Under the pieces are notes generated by a model, which saw only the letters and a program-made list of their open reading frames with translations, was not told the DNA's origin and did not search any database. A program made the translations under genes and the position numbers. DNA of 61,210 bases, the filler included. It is 7 parts of 7 records of this genome, joined end to end, with 100 filler letters (N's around TTAATTAATTAA, not from the genome) between each part and the next. Parts side by side here need not be neighbours in the genome. Positions count along the whole stretch, not along the records: positions 6,163 to 11,235 come from SRR31147125_7827; positions 11,336 to 16,877 come from SRR31147125_7830; positions 16,978 to 26,305 come from SRR31147125_7854; 4 more parts are not named here. One strand, given 5' to 3'. Below are positions 9,258 to 19,971 of this stretch, piece after piece; positions within the stretch are counted from its first letter, which is position 1; each line of letters begins with the position of its first letter.

Positions 9258-9407
9258 GGTCTCTTTCAGTTGTATGAACGTGTCGGAAGGATACTGAAAT
9301 TTTCATTCAACGACAAGCAGAAGATTGGCTGAATAGCGACATTAATGACCGATTTTACTGAGTAAATCCTTATCTCTAAGCAATGTTATTAATTATTTTT
9401 TTCAAAC

Positions 9408-9460
9408 TTGACACGCACTAGATATAGTGGTCTATTTTTCTGCACTACTAAATCTAGTAC
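9408..9460 (+). promoter_or_regulatory. nrdJ promoter with tandem NrdR boxes
   Basis: TTGACA at 9408-9413. GCACTAGATATAGTGG (9415-9430) and CTACTAAATCTAGTAC (9445-9460) match the NrdR consensus acaCwAtATaTwGtgt and lie 30 bp apart. Confidence 0.85.
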
Positions 9461-9511
9461 ATTTCCCTATAATATTCTTATTATTTATTTGACTGATGTG
9501 GAGGTCACACG

Positions 9512-11235
9512 ATGGCGGATACCAAGCAGCCTGAGCCCCTGAAACTGTCTAAAAATGCCATGACAGTTCTCGCAAAGCGTTATTTGAGACGTGATGCAGA
9601 AGGAAACCCGTGCGAACAACCGGAAGACATGTTCAGGCGTGTTGCCAAAACCATCAATTCCGCCGACCCGGGCGGTGGTCAATATGAGAACGATTATTAT
9701 CAGATGATGGTCAGTCGTGATTTCATGCCGAACTCCCCCACGCTGATGAACGCCGGACGCGAGCTGGGACAGCTCTCCGCCTGTTTTGTTTTGCCGGTTG
9801 GCGATTCGATGGAGAGCATCTTTGAAGCGATCAAAAACACAGCCCTGATCCACAAGAGTGGTGGTGGGACAGGATTCTCCTTTTCCCGCATCCGTCCCGC
9901 CAATGATGCGGTCAAATCAACCAGTGGTGTCTCCTCGGGACCAATTTCCTTTATGCAAGTTTTTGATGCTGCGACCGAAACGATCAAGCAGGGTGGAACT
10001 CGCAGAGGTGCCAACATGGGGATCCTCAGGATCGATCATCCTGATATCATGGATTTCATCATGGCCAAGCGTGACCAGACGATCCTGACCAATTTCAACA
10101 TCTCGGTCGGTATGACCGAGGCGTTTATGGAAGCGGTCGAGTCGGGTGATGATTACGACATCATCAATCCTCGCAATGGACAGGTTGTCAAACAGTTGAA
10201 CGCAACCAAAGTTTTCAACCAGATCGTCGATATGGCCTGGACCAACGGTGAGCCGGGGATCGTTTTTCTTGACCGTCTCAACAAGGATAACCCGACACCT
10301 CACATCGGCGAAATTGAAAGCACCAATCCCTGTGGAGAACAACCGCTGCTCCCCTATGAGTCCTGCAACCTGGGCTCACTGAACCTGGCCAATATGGTTG
10401 TTGAGGATGATATTGACTGGGAGCGCATGGAGCAAACGGTGCGCCTCTCGGTCCGTTTCCTGGATAACGTTATCGAGGCCAACAAGTACCCTCTGCCGGA
10501 GATCGATGAAATGACCCGGGCCAACCGCAAGATCGGCCTCGGGGTTATGGGCTGGGCCGACATGCTGATTCTTCTCGGTATCCCCTACAGCAGCAATGAT
10601 GCCACTGAGCTTGGTGAAAAAGTGATGCGCTTCATCAATGAAAAAGCTCACGAACAGTCCATTCTGCTGGCCAGAGAACGGGGGGCGTTCCCCAATTTTG
10701 AAGGCAGTATTTTCGACAAAACCGGGTCGGAAAAGATCCGCAACGCAACCTGCACCACCATCGCCCCGACTGGGACGATCTCGATTATTGCCAATTGTTC
10801 CAGCGGTGTTGAACCACTTTTCGCCGTCTCTTATGTTCGTCAGGTACTCGACAACAACAAACTGATCGAAGTTCACCCCCTCTTTGAGCAGATTGCCAAA
10901 AAGCGCGGGTTTTACACCGAAGAGTTGATGCAGGAAATCGCCGAGAAAGGACACTTCAAGGGATTGACGCTGTTCCTGAGGATGTTCGCGATGTCTTTGT
11001 GACCTCCCACGACATCACTCCTGAAGATCATATCAATATGCAGGCAGCCTTTCAAAGACACACCGACAACGCTGTCTCCAAGACCGTCAACTTCTGCCAT
11101 GATGCGACACGTGATGATGTTGCGACCGTTTATCGCCTCGCCTATAAACAAGGCTGTAAAGGAGTCACAATCTACCGTGACGGCTCCAGAGACAATCAGG
11201 TTCTGTCTGTCTCAAACAGCTCTGATGATGACAAA
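9512..11235 (+). CDS. nrdJ: Class II (B12-dependent) ribonucleotide reductase, frameshift at about 10950, 3'-truncated
   Basis: [34 protein letters not shown] and TTIAPTGT motifs. The continuation TSHDI...AVSKTVN...[12 protein letters not shown] is in the next frame. No ATP cone. Confidence 0.95.
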
Positions 11236-11335
11236 NNNNNNNNNNNNNNNNNNNNNNNNNNNNNNNNNNNNNNNNNNNNTTAATTAATTAANNNNNNNNN
11301 NNNNNNNNNNNNNNNNNNNNNNNNNNNNNNNNNNN
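11236..11335. other. Artificial contig spacer
   Basis: N44-TTAATTAATTAA-N44. Confidence 0.99.
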
Positions 11336-13260
11336 TAGTATAGTCTTTGACATTCATATAGTGCCAATCAAAAATCTCAACGTCCTTTGGAATATCATCA
11401 ATTGCCAAGTGTGTTGCACCCGAGTTAAAAACCGGATTTTGGCTATTAACACCTGTTAACAATCCTTTCCACTTTTTAATATCCAACAGCATGTCTCCAG
11501 CCATCATAGTTTTAAGCCCAAGAGTAGTGAGCCATGCATGAGTTTTCGTCACATCTTGTGAGAGAATATCTGCTGAAGATATAGAACTTTTTTTGGAATA
11601 TAATGACAACCCTTTAATCTCATCACGGGCAATTAAAATACCTGTTGGCTGATATGCATTTATAACCTCCTGATACAGATCAAATTGAAAGTTATAAGAG
11701 CTTTCATTAAAAGGATTATGGAAATTAGTCCCCTTGGTGACTTCTACACCGGGAAACTCTTTGGGTTTTATTTTGCTTACAATACCACTCCATATATCCA
11801 TATTATAGTTTCTGGCATAAGAAGCCATCTGCTCAACATCTTCCTTGTGCCAAAACCATTTTCTACGATCCCAAGCCACCAAGTGTTCGGGTTTATGCCA
11901 GAAGATCAAAGTATTGACCCTTGCCATTGAAAGAGCGTCTATATATCTTTTAAAAATTGACAAATCGTATCTTGCAGGGGGAAGCATCTCTATAAGCATG
12001 CCTCTCGTTTTAAGATCCGGCCAGTCGACAAATTCGCCCTGTTGAACTTTCCATTTCCCACTATGATATTCAAGCATACTCAAAAACTTATAAATCCCAT
12101 ACAATCTTCCCCGATCATCTGCACTATAAATATGGATATTGCTCTCGCCGACATGGATCTGGAACCCCTCCTCGGGTAGCTTTTGAGAGCCTTGGGGAAC
12201 AATCCCGCTACCATATATCAATATATCCAACCCCAAATTGGTATCCTTGGCTGAATTATAGCCAACTGATACACCCGTAAGGTTCTCAAGCCTTTCGCGC
12301 AGAATATTCGTTTCAAATCCAGGGTTTTCTGTAAAAATATACAAATTATCTGGAAGAAAATAACTCTTTTTTCTATACTTTTCTTTTTTACATGGAATTG
12401 AAAAAAACGACATCGGATTTATTTTATGCCCAGCCGATGCCAAATCAGTACTTTTTGGGTCAAATATATATAAAGGTAACCCGACTGCTTCTGATTTTTT
12501 TGTGCCGGGAGAAAACAGTATTCGATACTTGAATATGTAATCTTTTAAAGGTTTCAATTTTTTTATATCGCAACTAAAATAGAAGCTCTTTTTTTTATCC
12601 CATGGGATATTTCTAAAATCTGACAAATAAATTGAGTTCTTTCCCTGTAAATCAATGAGTTCTATATCACAAAGATCAGAATGGATGCTGATCCGATTTT
12701 TATTTCTTAAAAGAGTTCTTTTATTGGCAGGCAAGGGACGAAAGGGTAACTTAGTCGAATCGGATATATGACCTGGTACTGAAGCAGTTAATGCGCCCTT
12801 GAATAATTCAGAATCAAGTTTAAAGATCTCGTATGAAAAATTTCCCGTTTCTAACGGCGTTTTCAATGTAATTGTCAAATCAATTGATTTAGAATCTTTT
12901 TGAATATAGTCAATTAATACGTGAGCCGCCGTTTTGGGGCTAACGCATTTCAGCTGATATTGGCCAGCCTTTACTTTTATCAACTTTCCAGGAAGGGTTC
13001 CTCCCATAGGCCCGATAAAAATACGGTGCCTTGATCCGGAAAAGCCCCTTTTATAATATTCAAATTTGCCACCTATACTAACAAGAGCAGAAATACCATT
13101 GTAGGTGGCCCTTACACCATTTTTTCCTTTTAGCAAGTAGCTGTAAAGGCCTGCTATTCTCAAAGCCATAGCCCCTTTCAGGGTAGATTCCTTTACAAAG
13201 ACTCATCAGGCAAATAAAAACCACGAGCAATTGTGTCTTTTTGGACAGAATACGTAACAT
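11336..13260 (-). CDS. Secreted GH20-like (beta-hexosaminidase fold) protein with an unknown N-terminal domain; probable frameshift near the 5' end; 3'-truncated
   Basis: PEEGFQIHV..SADDRGRLYG..DWPDLKTRG (GH20 domain 2 and start of the barrel), IARDE, GDML and DWHY. A signal-peptide-like MLRILSKKTQLLVVFICLMSLC starts at 13260 in another frame. Confidence 0.75.
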
Positions 13261-13267
13261 CGTTCGC

Positions 13268-14411
13268 TTATTTTCCTGCAACTTGATCATAAAATGCAAT
13301 GGTTTTTTCAGCTATCCGCACCCATGAAAAATAATCTAATAATTCATCATAATTGGAATAAAGCTCCATGGCTTTAGGATTCTGAATTAATGAAACAATA
13401 GAGCCAATATCACTTTGGTTTAACGGTAAATCAACCGTAATACCTGCATTATATTCTTTTATTGTTTCCGGCAGTTCACCTACCCTTGTTGCAATAACAG
13501 GAATCATAAACGAAAATGCAATTTTGAGCACACCTTTAGTTGTCCCTCTAAGATAGGGCAAAACTACGGCATCGGCCGCTGTAAAAAAAACACCAACCTC
13601 ATTATCCGGGATATATCTATCTATAATTGAAACTTTTGAAGAAATTTTTAATTTAGAAACCAAATCGGCCAGATACCCTTTAGGGAAACCAACACTACCA
13701 GCTAAAACAAGGTGAAGGCTCCTATCCTTCCTGATCAGCTTGGGAAACTCACGAATGATCGCTTCAGCTCCTTTTCTACGGTCAATACGACCGAAAAAAG
13801 AAGGATCCTCTTTTCATTGGATATCCCTATTCTTTTTTTAGCAGAAGCTTTGTCCAGATTTTCTTCCGGATTATACATACTATTTAACGGATGAGGAATC
13901 ACTTTTGTTGGTCCAACACTGCCGACTTTATTGATCAACTCCCTTTTATTTGTTTTCGAATGAACCACAATGCCATCAATCTCTTTATATATTTTTACAG
14001 AAAAATAAGGGTCCCAGGCTTTTTGATAATGAGGGACAATATCATGAACTGTAAAAAGTGTTTTTTTTCCACCCATTTTAAGAACTTTGATCAGAAAATG
14101 GGTCACAACCGGATACTTAAAAAAACTTTGGAAATGAACCACTTCGATATGATTAAAAAATAAAAACCACAAAAGTTTTAAAACCGAAAGAGGTAACAAC
14201 CGAGTTCTTTCCAATATACATGCTACATTTTGAGATGCTTCCCCTTCATATTTATCTTGCTTATTACAAACGAACACAGCATCCTTGCCATACTTTAAAA
14301 TGGATTTGAACAAATAATATGAATACTGGGTCACGCCAGAAGTAAAAGGAGGGTATGTTACTATGGCAATTTTTGGCTTGGATTTTTGTTTAAAAATTTT
14401 GATTTCTCCAT
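13268..14411 (-). CDS. Glycosyltransferase family 4, split by frameshifts (about 14390 and 13795)
   Basis: KIAIVTYPP..SGVTQY, TVHDIVPH, LFFGRIDRRKG (reconstructed), ADAVVLPY and PVIATRVGELPE. Confidence 0.85.
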
Positions 14412-15434
14412 ATCTACATTTTTTTTTGAGGGCATACTACCAATAGAATTCGATTTTAAAGCTTTACCCTTTGCCAGTGCTTGGTTTGCGACCCTTTTTG
14501 CTTTTAAAACCTGATTAATTTTTTTGGGTAATCCCCCCAGAAAGAATTTAAACATCAAAAAATAATCATTAACTGATTTTAATTTTTCACCGACTTCATA
14601 CCCATATTTTCTTAAAAAGGAATCTGCGATGAAATTATAAATTCTAAGTTCCTTCGCGGCCAAGTTTTTCATCCATTTCTTCTTGTTCCCACTATCCAAA
14701 GGCTTAAATATTAATTTTGAATGATGATCTCCAATATAGTAGCGACTTTTTGAATAAAACTGCATCATATCAGCCTCAAATTCGATACCAATTTTCGAAC
14801 ACAGAGCCGTAACTGTCTTTTCCGGAAACTCTATCAAATCCTCATAACGAATAGTAATTTTCTGATCACTCTTGATTTTTTTAAAGCTATTTTCAATTCG
14901 GAACAGCTTATAACACCAGTCGATTGCTGTCACTACAACATTATCTTTAGTAGGGTCCATCTTCCGCCAGCTATCAAACACATCACGCCCATCACGGACA
15001 ATGTGGATAAATAAAGCTTCGGGAAACAATTTGTTAAAAATGTTAATATTCCTCAAAAAAACAGGAGTTTTATCGCCCCAGATTTCTTTTCCCTCTTCAC
15101 TGGCATAGCTTGTAAAAACTAATGAAATAAACGCCTTTAAAGTGATTTTATCTTTCTTTTTTAGGTTATTTAAAAGAGAGGTATCGTCATAATTCCACAA
15201 CTTAAACTGCTGATTGGCTTCAAGATAAGAAACCAGTTTCTTATACTCTTGTCCTTGTATATAGCCTTTTAGTTTATCTTTTTTTAGAAGAGGTCTTATG
15301 AACTCCGCTTCTTCTGGTATGGCGATCTGAGAGTGGCTGTTTAGTATTAGGCGTAGCAGTGTTGTGCCCGCTCTTTGTGTCCCAACTATAAAAATTTCGC
15401 TACGTTTTTTAACCATAAGATTATCCAATATCAT
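14361..15434 (-). CDS. PAPS-dependent sulfotransferase
   Basis: 5'-PSB loop FIVGTQRAGTTLL, WGDKTP, 3'-PB RDGRDVFDS and IRYEDL. The true stop may be near 14414 if the A-run is miscalled. Confidence 0.92.
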   Translation of the reverse strand: MILDNLMVKKRSEIFIVGTQRAGTTLLRLILNSHSQIAIPEEAEFIRPLLKKDKLKGYIQGQEYKKLVSYLEANQQFKLWNYDDTSLLNNLKKKDKITLKAFISLVFTSYASEEGKEIWGDKTPVFLRNINIFNKLFPEALFIHIVRDGRDVFDSWRKMDPTKDNVVVTAIDWCYKLFRIENSFKKIKSDQKITIRYEDLIEFPEKTVTALCSKIGIEFEADMMQFYSKSRYYIGDHHSKLIFKPLDSGNKKKWMKNLAAKELRIYNFIADSFLRKYGYEVGEKLKSVNDYFLMFKFFLGGLPKKINQVLKAKRVANQALAKGKALKSNSIGSMPSKKNVDMEKSKFLNKNPSQKLP

Positions 15435-16651
15435 GACAAATTAACAGGTAACGCTTTATAGATATGATCAACAAACTGCCCGCAGATCTTATGCCAACTA
15501 TACTCTTTTTCCATAAGAGCTCTACCATTATTAGATATTGTCTCTGCGTTTTGATCATTTTCAAGTAATTGTATTGTTTTTTCTGCAAACCGATCAGGGG
15601 TATCGGCTATGTATAAATGCTTTTCATCTTCTACCCTGAGCCCCTCAACGCCCTTTCTGGTTGAGACTATTGGAATACCCATACTCATGGCTTCTGTAAT
15701 TTTTAGTCTCGTCCCACCTCCGAGTCTTAGTGGCACCACAGAAGCTCTGCATTGTAAAGCCATAGTCCTAATATCATCCTGATATCCTAATACAAGAACG
15801 CTCTTACCATCATGATATTGCCTTATTTGTTCAGGTGGATTGCCACCAAGAATAAAAAACCGCACATCCTGAACTTTACTTTTTATGATTGGAAAAATTT
15901 GATCAAGAAAGTAAAGAACCGCATCGATATTCGGGTAATAGTTAAAACTGCCAACATAATAGAGATCTTTGTTCAAAGGAAGCTCGTCCCTTTTTTGAAA
16001 AAAATGAATATCCACACCATTGGGCAATTCGATAAACTCTTTGTCAGGGCATATTTCAACAAATTTTTTTCTATCCTTTTCAGACATTGCCACACAAAAG
16101 TCAAAATAATCACAAACGACTTTTTCATATCGTCTTAAAAATAAATGGCGAAAATAATTTAACGGTTTAAAAAACCGGTTTTGTTTATAAACAACAGATT
16201 TAAATAGATCGCTTTCAAAATTATGGTTAATAATCACCTTTAAAGCAGGAGATATAGCTTGAGAAAACGAAAGACTATAAAGGATATGGGCCGAAATCAG
16301 ATGCTCTGCGATTACTACATCATAATGTTCTTTATCAACGATATTTTTTAAACATATTTGTTTCTCATAATCCCAGGCAGAAAATAAAACATATGGGACT
16401 TTAGTCGCCATATTTTTGAGATAGCGGTAAAACTTTCTTGATACAGATAGATCTGGTTTATCTATTACGTAGACACTCTTGCAAATAGACTGCATGTGGC
16501 TTAAGTCAGACGTCTTAATATTTCCATCAGAAAAACAAAACAGATCCATCGTATGGTTTTTACTTAATTCTTTGATGGTGTTATAAACTCGTAGTTTATA
16601 TCCCCCATTTGCAGGGAAAGGGAATAAATAGGATATTACCAGAATTCTCAT
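15431..16651 (-). CDS. Glycosyltransferase family 4 (sugar-transferase type common in EPS/PEP-CTERM clusters)
   Basis: PFPANGGYKLR, PNGVD, GSFNYYPNIDA, VPLRLGGGTRLKITEAMSMG. Confidence 0.92.
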   Translation of the reverse strand: MRILVISYLFPFPANGGYKLRVYNTIKELSKNHTMDLFCFSDGNIKTSDLSHMQSICKSVYVIDKPDLSVSRKFYRYLKNMATKVPYVLFSAWDYEKQICLKNIVDKEHYDVVIAEHLISAHILYSLSFSQAISPALKVIINHNFESDLFKSVVYKQNRFFKPLNYFRHLFLRRYEKVVCDYFDFCVAMSEKDRKKFVEICPDKEFIELPNGVDIHFFQKRDELPLNKDLYYVGSFNYYPNIDAVLYFLDQIFPIIKSKVQDVRFFILGGNPPEQIRQYHDGKSVLVLGYQDDIRTMALQCRASVVPLRLGGGTRLKITEAMSMGIPIVSTRKGVEGLRVEDEKHLYIADTPDRFAEKTIQLLENDQNAETISNNGRALMEKEYSWHKICGQFVDHIYKALPVNLS

Positions 16652-16877
16652 AGAAAAATTTTGCCCCTTCGACAAAAATACTTGACTGATTTTTAATAGT
16701 CCAATATTAAAATTATAATTCTTTCAATACGAGACCTTTGCACGACTATAGCGTTTTTGTATAGCCGAGCCGAAAGTCCCACGTTATTTTCACTTCTGTT
16801 AATCATTAAAATTTGTGTCATGATTGCCATGTTTTTAGTGAATCTCACTCCCGCATAGCGGGAGGCCTCATGAAGCC

Positions 16878-16977
16878 NNNNNNNNNNNNNNNNNNNNNNN
16901 NNNNNNNNNNNNNNNNNNNNNTTAATTAATTAANNNNNNNNNNNNNNNNNNNNNNNNNNNNNNNNNNNNNNNNNNNN
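16878..16977. other. Artificial contig spacer
   Basis: N44-TTAATTAATTAA-N44. Confidence 0.99.
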
Positions 16978-16986
16978 AAAAATACA

Positions 16987-17013
16987 GAACTTGTTGTGTT
17001 TTTATACGTCTAA
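16987..17013 (+). promoter_or_regulatory. ECF sigma (RpoE/AlgU-type) promoter
   Basis: GAACTT (16987-16992), a 16-nt spacer, then TCTAA (17009-17013, within CGTCTAA). Confidence 0.6.
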
Positions 17014-17294
17014 AATAAAAGATATGCCCAGTAATCAATTTCAAGAGATATAATATTCAAATATGAGCTGTTATTGTGTAATCATCATATGATATGCAGG
17101 TAAAAGTACGAATAACTGTATATTTTTACGATGTTTCAAAACATTCTAAAATGTGGTTCCAGGATTAAAGAATGATATTATTCCGATTTTAGCCACATTT
17201 GTCACCTTTGATTTTAGATTCTGTTTCCCGCGTCACAACAAGATGTTAATTATTACATTGAATTATTTAACTATTTAACAGGACAAACTCAAAC

Positions 17295-18596
17295 ATGCAA
17301 CTTTTGTCTTATAATAGCATTTCGTTGATGAGATCATTCGGAAAAAGATATCTTTTTATAGTGAGCATGTTACATGTTTTAATTGTATTAAGTCTTGACT
17401 GTGGTTCCGGAGATTCCATAGATTCCACATTAACCTATTCAGCCAATCGTTCCAAATTTGACATAACAGTCACTGGAAAAGGTGAAATTGAAGCAAAAAA
17501 ATCATTTGCTGTTTCAACTCCAAACTTGCGCCGTGTGCGTCCGACAATAAGTTATTTAGCACCTGAAGGTACCAAAGTAAAAAAAGGCGATATTGTTGTG
17601 GAGTTGGAAGCGGAAAAAATTCAAAACGACTATCTGAACGCGCTTGATGAAGTTGAAATTGCCAGAGCTGAGGCCCAGAAGAGAGACGCGGAATTGAATT
17701 TGGAAAAGTTGTTATTAGAGTCGCAAATTCAGAGTACTGAGGCTTCCCTCGCAATTTCCAAACTTCAGCTAGCCAAGTTGGAATTCGAACCTGAGAGAGT
17801 CAAAGAAATACGCCGACTCGAGATTGCAAGAGACGAAGTAGAGGCTGAGAAGAATCGAAAAAAACTTAATTCTCTTGCTGAAATTCAGAAAGAAGAGCGC
17901 ATCCGATTGCAATTGTTGATAAATCAGGCTGAAAGTAAACTTGAAAGGGCAAAGAAATATCTCAGTCAACTTTTGCTAAAAGCACCGGTAGATGGTTATG
18001 TTGTATATGAAAGAAACTGGTCTACCGGAAACAAGGTACAGGAGGGTGAAGGTGTCTATCCAAGCATGCCAATTGTCAAAATGCCGGACCTCTCTGTGAT
18101 GCAATTGAATTTAAAGTTAGGTGAGACCGAGGCTCAGAAACTGAGTAAAGGGAATCAGGCTATAGTGACAGTTCCCACAATTGATGGGGCTACATTTACC
18201 GGCAAGGTGAGCAGAATTGATAAAATAGCCAAACCCATTAAAAGAAAATCCAAAGTGAAAAAGGTTGAAGTTGTTGTGGAAATTGACAGCACAATTATAC
18301 AGCTTGTTCCGGGAATAACAGCTGAGGGACGCATCATTGTTGAAAATGTACAAGATGCTTTTGTTATACCTAAAGAATGCGTATTTGATAAAGACAGCCT
18401 AAAGATCGTATTTGTACGTAATAAAAATCATTTCATCCCTCAGGTAGTGTCAATATCTCAACAGGACGATGATTTTTTTGTTATAAAAGCCGGATTGCAG
18501 GAAGGAGATCAATGTGCGCTTCGAGAACCCAGCAGTTCTTTGGTGCATTGGCCTGATAGTTTAATATCAGATAAAAAAATGATGATGTTTAGTTGA
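17295..18596 (+). CDS. Efflux periplasmic adaptor (membrane fusion protein) 1
   Basis: Lipoyl half-motifs (PEGTKVKKGDIVVEL; LKAPVDGYV), long coiled-coil hairpin, LVPGITA and IPKECVF. Confidence 0.9.
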   Translation: MQLLSYNSISLMRSFGKRYLFIVSMLHVLIVLSLDCGSGDSIDSTLTYSANRSKFDITVTGKGEIEAKKSFAVSTPNLRRVRPTISYLAPEGTKVKKGDIVVELEAEKIQNDYLNALDEVEIARAEAQKRDAELNLEKLLLESQIQSTEASLAISKLQLAKLEFEPERVKEIRRLEIARDEVEAEKNRKKLNSLAEIQKEERIRLQLLINQAESKLERAKKYLSQLLLKAPVDGYVVYERNWSTGNKVQEGEGVYPSMPIVKMPDLSVMQLNLKLGETEAQKLSKGNQAIVTVPTIDGATFTGKVSRIDKIAKPIKRKSKVKKVEVVVEIDSTIIQLVPGITAEGRIIVENVQDAFVIPKECVFDKDSLKIVFVRNKNHFIPQVVSISQQDDDFFVIKAGLQEGDQCALREPSSSLVHWPDSLISDKKMMMFS

Positions 18597-18657
18597 CTTT
18601 AATAATTCGTAAATACGAAATAATTTTTAATACCTGATAGAAGTAAGGGGTACCATT

Positions 18658-19971
18658 ATGCCTAAATTGAGGTCGTTTGTTCTTGTCGGACTGGCTTTAC
18701 TCATGTGGATTTCCTGCCAATCAGATACCACGTATTCTGTAGAAACCTATACTGTTAAACAAGGGGATTTCATTTTTAGTGTTACAGAGACAGGTGAATT
18801 AGCTGCCGTGAATTCACAAACGATTTCAGCTCCGAGTCTGTCACGTCGACATCGTAATCTAAAGATTACCAAGCTTGTCGAAGATGGCAAACAGGTCGAA
18901 AAGGGTGAAGTTGTTTTGGAATTTGACAAGACCGAATTACAGCAGAATATGGATGAAGCGAAATCCGAGTTAGAAATGGCAGAGGCGGAATTACGGAAGG
19001 CACGGGCCAGCCAGCAATCTAAAATTGAGGAACTGGAGTCGACCCTTGAGAGCAGCGTCCTGCAGCACAAGATCTCGCAGTTAGAATTGGAACAGGCATC
19101 GTTTGAGGCAGAAATAGACCGAAAAAATATCGAACTGGATCTGGAAAAAGCGGCTATTAATCTTGAAAAAGCCCGCCAGGAAATCGAAAATCAGAAAAAA
19201 GTGGATATTGAAGAGATCAGCAAATTGGTGCTCAAGGTACACCAGGCTAAAACAGAGCTTGAAGAGGCACAAAAAGCAGCAGCCATGCTGACCGTTAAAG
19301 CACCCGGACCTGGAATAGCTATTGTCAGAAAGAGCTGGATAACAAATGAAAAGTATCAGGTAGAGGATCAGGTTTATAGTGGCTGGCCTATTATTGGCCT
19401 GCCGGATTTGAGTTTAATGCAGGCAGAGGTCCAAATTAATGAAGTTGATATCGCCAAGATAGATACCGCGCAACAGGCTTTAATAAAAATGGATGCTTTT
19501 CCGGATACATCCTTTAATGGCAAGGTAACAGAAGTGGCAACCCTGGCCAGAAATAAGGACAGGGATTCTAAAGTCAAAGTGTTTGATAGCATTATTTTGT
19601 TAGCTGAAAGTGATTCGACACTGATGCCTGGCATGACTGTAAGTTGTGAAATTATAGTTGATAAAATACCGGATACGCTTTTTGTGCCATTAGAGGCTCT
19701 GTTTAAAAAGGATGGTGAAAATATCGTATATGTGAAAAAGGGTGGAGATTTTGAACCACGACGTGTTGAAATCGGACCTGAAAATGACGATTATGTTATC
19801 ATTACAGAGGGAATTTCAGATAACGATGTTGTCGCTCTTACAGATCCCATGCAACGTTTCATGGAAAAAGAAGAGGAAAAACCGAATCAAACGCTGGGGG
19901 TGAGACATCATGAGAATACTCGTCAGATCTCTATGTGCAATTGTTTTGCTCAATTTAGCGTGTCACACTGA
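18658..19971 (+). CDS. Efflux periplasmic adaptor (MFP) 2, lipoprotein
   Basis: Lipobox-like WISC, EDGKQVEKGEVV, VKAPGPG, INEVDI, LMPGMT. The C-terminus overlaps the next gene, possibly because of a frameshift. Confidence 0.9.
   Translation: MPKLRSFVLVGLALLMWISCQSDTTYSVETYTVKQGDFIFSVTETGELAAVNSQTISAPSLSRRHRNLKITKLVEDGKQVEKGEVVLEFDKTELQQNMDEAKSELEMAEAELRKARASQQSKIEELESTLESSVLQHKISQLELEQASFEAEIDRKNIELDLEKAAINLEKARQEIENQKKVDIEEISKLVLKVHQAKTELEEAQKAAAMLTVKAPGPGIAIVRKSWITNEKYQVEDQVYSGWPIIGLPDLSLMQAEVQINEVDIAKIDTAQQALIKMDAFPDTSFNGKVTEVATLARNKDRDSKVKVFDSIILLAESDSTLMPGMTVSCEIIVDKIPDTLFVPLEALFKKDGENIVYVKKGGDFEPRRVEIGPENDDYVIITEGISDNDVVALTDPMQRFMEKEEEKPNQTLGVRHHENTRQISMCNCFAQFSVSH

Noticed and set aside
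7021-10954. Long alternative or antisense ORFs (7021-7689, 8556-9140, 10376-10954 and others)
   Set aside because: They overlap well-supported genes on the opposite strand in GC-richer DNA and show no motifs.
9512-11235. Intein or intron in nrdJ
   Set aside because: The motifs are contiguous at normal spacing; the break is a 1-nt frameshift.
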